From assembly GCF_009914755.1 (NCBI RefSeq), contig NC_060931.1: 64,000 bases of DNA. One strand, written 5' to 3'. Origin of the DNA: the human T2T-CHM13v2.0 reference genome, Homo sapiens. The notes below the pieces were generated by a model. That model was not told the DNA's origin and searched no databases. It saw only the letters and a list, made by a program, of their open reading frames with translations. Position 1 is the first letter of the stretch. Each line of letters begins with the position of its first letter. Made by a program: the position numbers and the translations under genes. Shown piece after piece: positions 54,382 to 64,000 of the stretch.

Positions 54382-56619
54382 GTGGCCAAGATATTTGTGA
54401 AAAGCAACTCTCTTGAAGGAAACTAACAGAAATAAGAAATTCAGAAGAAATAAACAAGGAGATAAAAAAATGTTTTCAGGTAATATTAATGTCCTCAGAG
54501 AGATAGAAGATATATTCATGAAACAAGACATCATTTTTAAAAAGAGAGCTCTTGGGAATTCTAAATGTGATAGCAGAGATTAAAAGCTCAATGAAAGGGT
54601 TAAATAATAAACTTGAGGAAATCTCACAGGAAGTATAAGATAGAGACAAAGAGATTGAAAAGGGAAAGAAGATTTTTTTAAAAACAGGATCCATCCAGGA
54701 AGGCCAATACCCAGAAGGAGAGAATAAAGAAAACAGAATGAGAGAAAGAGAGAGAAATATAATCCTGATACACAATGCAGCTCAAATGTAGTTAGGGCTG
54801 ACATAATTTAGCACATCATAGAATGTGGAGGTCTCAGCCAACAGTGGCAAAACCAGAAAACCAACAAAATTTACAATGCAGAGTCCTCAACAGGCTCAGG
54901 AACTGGCAGTTTCAGATAGTGCTTCTGAAACTGAAGGTTACGGTGAAAGAAACCAATCTAGGATGGGCTGGGTAAAAGCTGTGTGAGAAGCAATCAGAGC
55001 CTTCATTCCCCTCTCTGCTCCACATCACTGAGTATGTCCTCTTCCCCTCCTCCATACAAGATGGCAGGTTTATTCTTTGAAGGAATCCTTCCTGACCGGA
55101 GGTCAATTGGCACAGCGGTTGATTTGAGAACAGTAACACAAACCATAAAATGGTGAGACCCACAGCCCTTCTTCCCCAGCTCTGTTTCCCCAATTGGCCA
55201 TCAGAACAGTGACAGCATACTTGTAACCTTGGCAGGAGATTAGAAAGGTTTCTTTCTGAGGAATCTGACCAGTCCATGAAAAAAGGTCAGAAAATACTGA
55301 AGCAAAAAAGTTTCCTAAAACAAACAGTGCTTCCAGCTCACCCTACAGTGAAGCTCAAAGTCAACAAGCCTTGCCTGCAAGTTGAGAGCATCCAATCCAC
55401 TTTTTAGTCCTCTAATCCTGAACAAACATCCAAGGGTGCCAGATGTCTAAGGAAAGCCCAGGGCAAGAAAACTGGAGAACAAAACAAATAGATAAAAGCA
55501 ACTCGGAGGAAATAAAATACACAGTGACTAAAACTTTAAAAGTATCATGAATACCCTCAGGGAAATAAGAGACAATGACATACCTTTGAAACAAGAGTAG
55601 GAAACTATAAAAAGGAACCTAGGACCAGAAAATAGAATTGAGGCATTCTAGAAAGGTGAGTAAAATGACAGAGGGGAAAACAAAAACAAGAAAATGAAGA
55701 TATTAGAGAACCAATCCAGGGGTCTGAATATCTGATTAACAAGAGTTTCCAAACAAGGGAGAAGAAAGCCAACGAGAGGAAATCGTCAGTAAAATTATTC
55801 AAGCAAATTTCTCAGAAGTGAAAGACTTAAGTTTCCAGATTTCCTGAAGGGGCCACTGAGGGCCCAGAATAATCCAGGCAGATTATTGTGAAATTTCACA
55901 ACACTGGGGACTAAGGGAAGATCCTTTTTAACCTGATTACTGGAGGATGTTCTCCCCCAAAATAAGAGAGTAAACCAAAAAAGAAGAGATGAGGAATCCA
56001 ACTTGGGAGAAAAATCTAGAGAATTCCAAGGTCCACAGTGAAGGAAAGACTCAAGATAGATGACAGCTCTGCAACAGCCTGGAGAGCATTCAACTCAGAA
56101 GAGGAAAGGGATCGGGGGTGGGGTGGGGAGTGGGCTATCCTAAGAGAAAAAAAGAAAGTGATAAACCATCCAATGTTGGTGTCTATTAGAAGGTGCGTCT
56201 GCTAGAAGAGGTACAAAGAAAATTAGGCAAATAGGAAAAAAAGCAACAATTTCAGGAAAAACTAGAAAAGGCAACCATAGTTCACAGTGCTCAACTGGAA
56301 ATTGTATTTGCATAAAAAGTTAGGTAAATACAGAAGTTTAATCAAAAATTGTATTATCTTGGGAGGGTGGGGCATGGGAACAAAAAGGAAGGATAGTATA
56401 AGAGTTGGATGTTCATCTATCATAACAGATGATTATGTCTAAAAGTCACCATTGCAAACAGTATATCTAGGCATATCATTTAGAAGTACTGAGATGTATA
56501 TGCAAGAAGAAATGGCTAAAAGAATCAAAAGTAGTTGCCTCTAGGAAGAAGCAACGAAAGAGTGTGAAGAGTGATACAGGGAACCATTGTAATTTCTTTA
56601 ATACTATTTAACAATACTT

Positions 56620-56767
56620 TTATTTTTATTTATTTATTTATTATTTTTATAGAAACAGGGTCTTGCCATCTTGCCCAGGCTGGTCTCAAACTCCTGGGCT
56701 CAAACAAGTCTCCTGCCTCAGCCTCCCGAAGTGTTGGGGTTACAGGCATGAGCCACTATGCCTGGCT
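56620..56767 (-). mobile_element. FLAM
   Basis: Single antisense monomer with (TTTA)n tail. Confidence 0.85.
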
Positions 56768-56804
56768 TAACTTTTTCAAAAACTAAAATTAAAAAAAAAA
56801 AAAT

Positions 56805-57115
<311 letters not shown>

Positions 57116-57369
57116 TGATTAAAATGTTTTTTTTTTTTTCAAAAAGAGACAATAAAACAAATATAAAGGATGTTAGTTCTTAACTAACTCAACTTATCAA
57201 CTCCTCCAGATAAGGGGTCTTATTCCCCTTCTTCTCAGCATCTGGCACAGAGAGGCACTCAACAAATGTTTGCTGTTTAATTGATTGCTTTATTGATTAA
57301 TTGAAACAAGCAGTCAAAAATATTCATAGGTTTCTTGAGCTACACTGATAGAAAATTCTAGGAAAAAAA

Positions 57370-57930
<561 letters not shown>

Positions 57931-57997
57931 GAGCTTTATAATCAAGAAGGAGGTGTCCTGTGGTCACGCCACAACTGGAATATTATGTTCTGTTTTG

Positions 57998-57998
<1 letters not shown>

Positions 57999-58030
<32 letters not shown>
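57999..58030. repeat. (CA)n microsatellite
   Basis: Direct reading. Confidence 0.97.
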
Positions 58031-58032
<2 letters not shown>

Positions 58033-58459
58033 CAGAAGTGGAATGTAATCACAGGAAGTTGAACAGGATGTGAGGAGATCAAAAACCATAACAGTGGGTG
58101 TGAGGAATGGTTTTTAGATGAAAACAGTCTAATCATGCTTGAAGAGGGCTGATAAAGAACAGGGATTGGATTTGTTTTTTATGACCCAAGTAGTAAAACC
58201 AGAATCAACAGTAGAGATTAGATGGGGCTATATTTCAATTTAAGGAAGAAATTTTCCACAGTTCCATAGGACATCAAGTGCTTTGGAAATAGTTTCATTA
58301 CTGAAAATCATAAGCCCATCAACCTCCAGGCTCGGAAGAAACTAAGGAATTTCATCCAGTCACCCTCAGGATGCTTGGATCACCTTTATAGCACACTCCT
58401 AAAAGGTCTTCTCAAACATCCCAGGGACAAAGAATACACCAGAGATGGCACACTCTTTT

Positions 58460-61060
<2,601 letters not shown>

Positions 61061-61366
61061 ACTCCAAATCTCCCCCATTCCACTTGTGGGCAGCTATAAA
61101 AGAAAATTTCTTCATATTGGTGTAACGTCTTTGTGGGAAAACTGATCATGCTATCAAAATTTTAAATGCAAATAACTTTTAGTCCAGTAATTTTACTGCT
61201 AAAAATTATTCTGAAGATATATTCATAAAAGTGGATGAAGAAATATTCACTAAACATAAATACATAATATATAAATACATAATAAATGAAGTACATCAAT
61301 ACTTGAAGAAACAAACAGGAAATAGTCTGTGTCTATCAGTAGGAACGTGAATAAATAAATCACAGT

Positions 61367-61672
61367 ACAGTTGTCCCTTGGTATCTGTGGGAGCTTGATT
61401 CCTGGACCCTGTCGGATGCCAAAATCCATGGATGCTCAAGCTCCTTATATAAAATTGTATAGAATTTGCATACAGCCTATACATATCCTCCCATATACTT
61501 TAAATCATCTCTATATTACTTATAATAGCTAATACTATGTAAATGCTATGTAAATAGTCATTATACTATATTTTTAGGGAATAATAACAAGATTAAAAGG
61601 TCTGTATATGTTCAGTACAGGTGAAACCATTGCTTTTTTTCCAAATTATTTTCAATCTGCAGTTGGTTGAAG
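61367..61672. mobile_element. MER2 (Tigger MITE), truncated
   Basis: tacagttgtcccttggtatctgtgg...ccaaaatccatggatgctcaag...tactttaaatcatctcta. Confidence 0.85.
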
Positions 61673-61754
61673 GCTCATAAAGTCTAAGTAAGTTGTCCAA
61701 AATTATTCTGTGATCAAAGGCAAGTCATTTGACCCGTCTAGTCCTCAGTTACTA

Positions 61755-62052
61755 TTTTTTTTTTTTAGATGGAGTTTCACTCTGTTGCCCAGGCTGGAGT
61801 GCAATGGCACAATCTCAGCTCACTGCAACCTCTGCCTCCTGAGTTGAAGTGATTCTCATGCCTCAGCCTCCCAAGTAGCTGGGATTACATCGTGGCGCAC
61901 ACCACGATGTCTGGCTAATTTTTTGTATTTTTAGTACAGACGGCGTTTTCCCATGTTGGCCAGACTAGTCTCAAACTACTGACCTCAAGTGATCTGCCTG
62001 CCTCGGCCTCCCAAAGTGCTGAGATTACAGGCGTGAGCCACCGCGCCTGGCC
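61755..62052 (-). mobile_element. AluS inserted in a MIR
   Basis: TSD cctcagttact / cctcaattact. Confidence 0.93.
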
Positions 62053-62295
62053 CTCAATTACTTCTTTTATAAGGACCTAATAATGCCATCAGGAAATTTG
62101 CAAACTTTGTGTTTTATATAGCTGAGCACATGTATGTTTGAAGATGTGTGTGCACTTACACATTAATCTGCCTCTACCCCAGAAGAGAATAATGAAAACC
62201 TTACAGATGATATCAAATGACCTCTCCCAATATGGTCTCAAAAACTGTGACCTACATTTCTTCTCAGTTGAAATACCATGAGCTTGTGAATGATC

Positions 62296-62306
62296 GTGTG
62301 TGTGTG

Positions 62307-62349
<43 letters not shown>
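62296..62349. repeat. (TG)n microsatellite
   Basis: Direct reading. Confidence 0.97.
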
Positions 62350-62351
<2 letters not shown>

Positions 62352-62984
62352 ACATATTCAGCTTCCCCTAACTTAATTTCTGTCTCAGTGGTGCTGGGAG
62401 AAGAAATCAGTTATTTGACAATTACGATAGGTCAGCCCTTAAGATAAGATAGATGAATGAGATGTGATCCTCAAGGGTGGAATATCTGAGCACACTTGAA
62501 GGGAACTCAGCCCAAGCAACGTGGATTATGCCTGTCAGTCAGTGAGCCCTGAATTATCTCACCATCGCACTGCTTATCTCACTCCTCTCCTGACAACTTG
62601 TCACTGCGTGGGCAAATCTGCCATAAGCACCTTCCTAGCAACATTCTACTCATGCACAGGAGTCTTCCAAAAACACACCCAAATTCCTGGAAAAACCATC
62701 CCCACCCTATTAACAGTCTTCCTCACTAACACCCTGGCCCCAGTACCTGAAGCCCCAGCCCCGCCAGTTGTCATAGCTCCACCAATTAATCAGAAAGAGA
62801 AGGTAGTTTCCTGGAATCATACCCTACCACACATTCAATGGAGGCAAGTACTCCCAAAGAGTAGCTGTTTACTGCTGGTCTCTTACCTTGCTGGCTTTCA
62901 TCATTCTTTCCACAGATAAGTCTAAAGAGGGTAAAAACGGTGTCCTACTTTTGGGAAGTACCCAGCCCAATGCTACATTCTTTC

Positions 62985-64000
62985 TATTTATTCATTCTTC
63001 CATTGAACAAATGGATACTGAGCATCTCTCTGTTCAAAGCTAAATGAGAGACTCTGACCTCTGGGAACTTATAGCTGAGAAAGAGACAGTGAACGCAGGC
63101 AATTACAGTACAGGAAGACACTTGCTCCGTGGAGCTGCTTTTAAACTCACTCATGTTGTTTGCAGAATTCATTACCTTGTGTCTGTAGGACTGAGGAGCC
63201 TATGCTTAAGGGAGAGGGAGGCAGGGAAGACTCACAAAGCAGGTAGCATTGAGGCTGTACCACTCTTCCCAGGTAGATAGGAAGAGGGCACTTCAGGAAA
63301 AGTAAACAGTAGCACAAGGGCATAGCATACAACGTATTAGTATCAGACATACGAATGTCTGATAGTTCAGCATTACTAACACTCAAAGTTTCAAGACACA
63401 GTGGCCAGGTGGTAAGTCTGATCAAGTAGGCAGAGGCCAGATTATGAAAGGATTGCATGCCAGATTAACAGCTTGAAATGGGGAACCACTGAAGCAATTT
63501 GAGGTTTTTGTTTTGTTTTGTTCAATTAATTTCTTCTTAATTGACAAAAATTGTATATATTTATTATGTATAACATGATGCTTTGAAATATGTATACAAT
63601 GTGGAATGGCTAAATTGAGCTAATTAACATATGCATTAACTCACATATTTTTGTGGGGAGAACATTTAAAATCGACTCTCTTAGAGATTTTTAAGAACCT
63701 ATGTTAATGACTATAGCCACCATGTTGTACAAGAGATTTCTTGAACTTATTCCTCGTAACTGAAATTTTGTAGCCTTTGACCAACGTCTTCCCTACCCCT
63801 CAACCCCACTGAAGTATTATGACTCAGAGACTGATATGAACAGATCTTGTGTCAGAAAGATCTCCCTTCTTACCCCCACCCCCACCGCCAGCAATGGGAG
63901 CAGAATAGATGGAGGGGAATAAACAGAAAGGATTTAAGGCAAGATCTGGCAGGTTATGAGGGTGTAAACTAGGGCAGTGACCATGCAAGTGGCGGGAAAG
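62985..64000 (-). mobile_element. L2, interrupted by an MLT1 fragment (~63115-63200) and an L1MA 3' end
   Basis: ttattcattc...ctgagcatct start; aggccagattatgaaagga; ggggaaccactgaagc; cagaaagatctcc. Confidence 0.65.
63505..63805 (-). mobile_element. Short L1MA 3' end
   Basis: aacatttaaaatcgactctcttag...cttgaacttattcctc; TSD-like ccactgaagca / ccactgaagta. Confidence 0.8.

Overview
AT-rich, repeat-dense primate (human-like) genomic DNA; the Alu J/S/Y elements fix the lineage. Roughly two thirds of it is, by eye, recognisable interspersed repeat: Alu, L1M, HAL1, L2, MIR, MaLR/ERVL LTRs and hAT/Tigger MITEs. I recognise no protein-coding gene, and the supplied ORFs are mostly repeat-derived or chance. 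The main non-repeat landmark is one CpG island (~46.9-47.76 kb) that looks like a promoter, possibly bidirectional. It has a CCAAT box, a CRE-like site, a quasi-palindromic double YY1-type core (ATGGC-T-GCCAT), a + strand splice donor and candidate non-coding exons on both sides. Other notable items are a two-LTR ancient ERVL (LTR16-type) provirus with readable RT remnants nested in a MIR, a near-full-length L1M, an inverted HAL1 pair, a 3'-truncated U6 retrocopy with TSD, a chimeric CpG-rich AluS/Y, a trimeric Alu, and several perfect hairpins consistent with template switching. I see no convincing novel multi-gene system. Repeat subfamily names come from recalled consensus sequences, and boundaries are approximate (often +/-20-50 bp).
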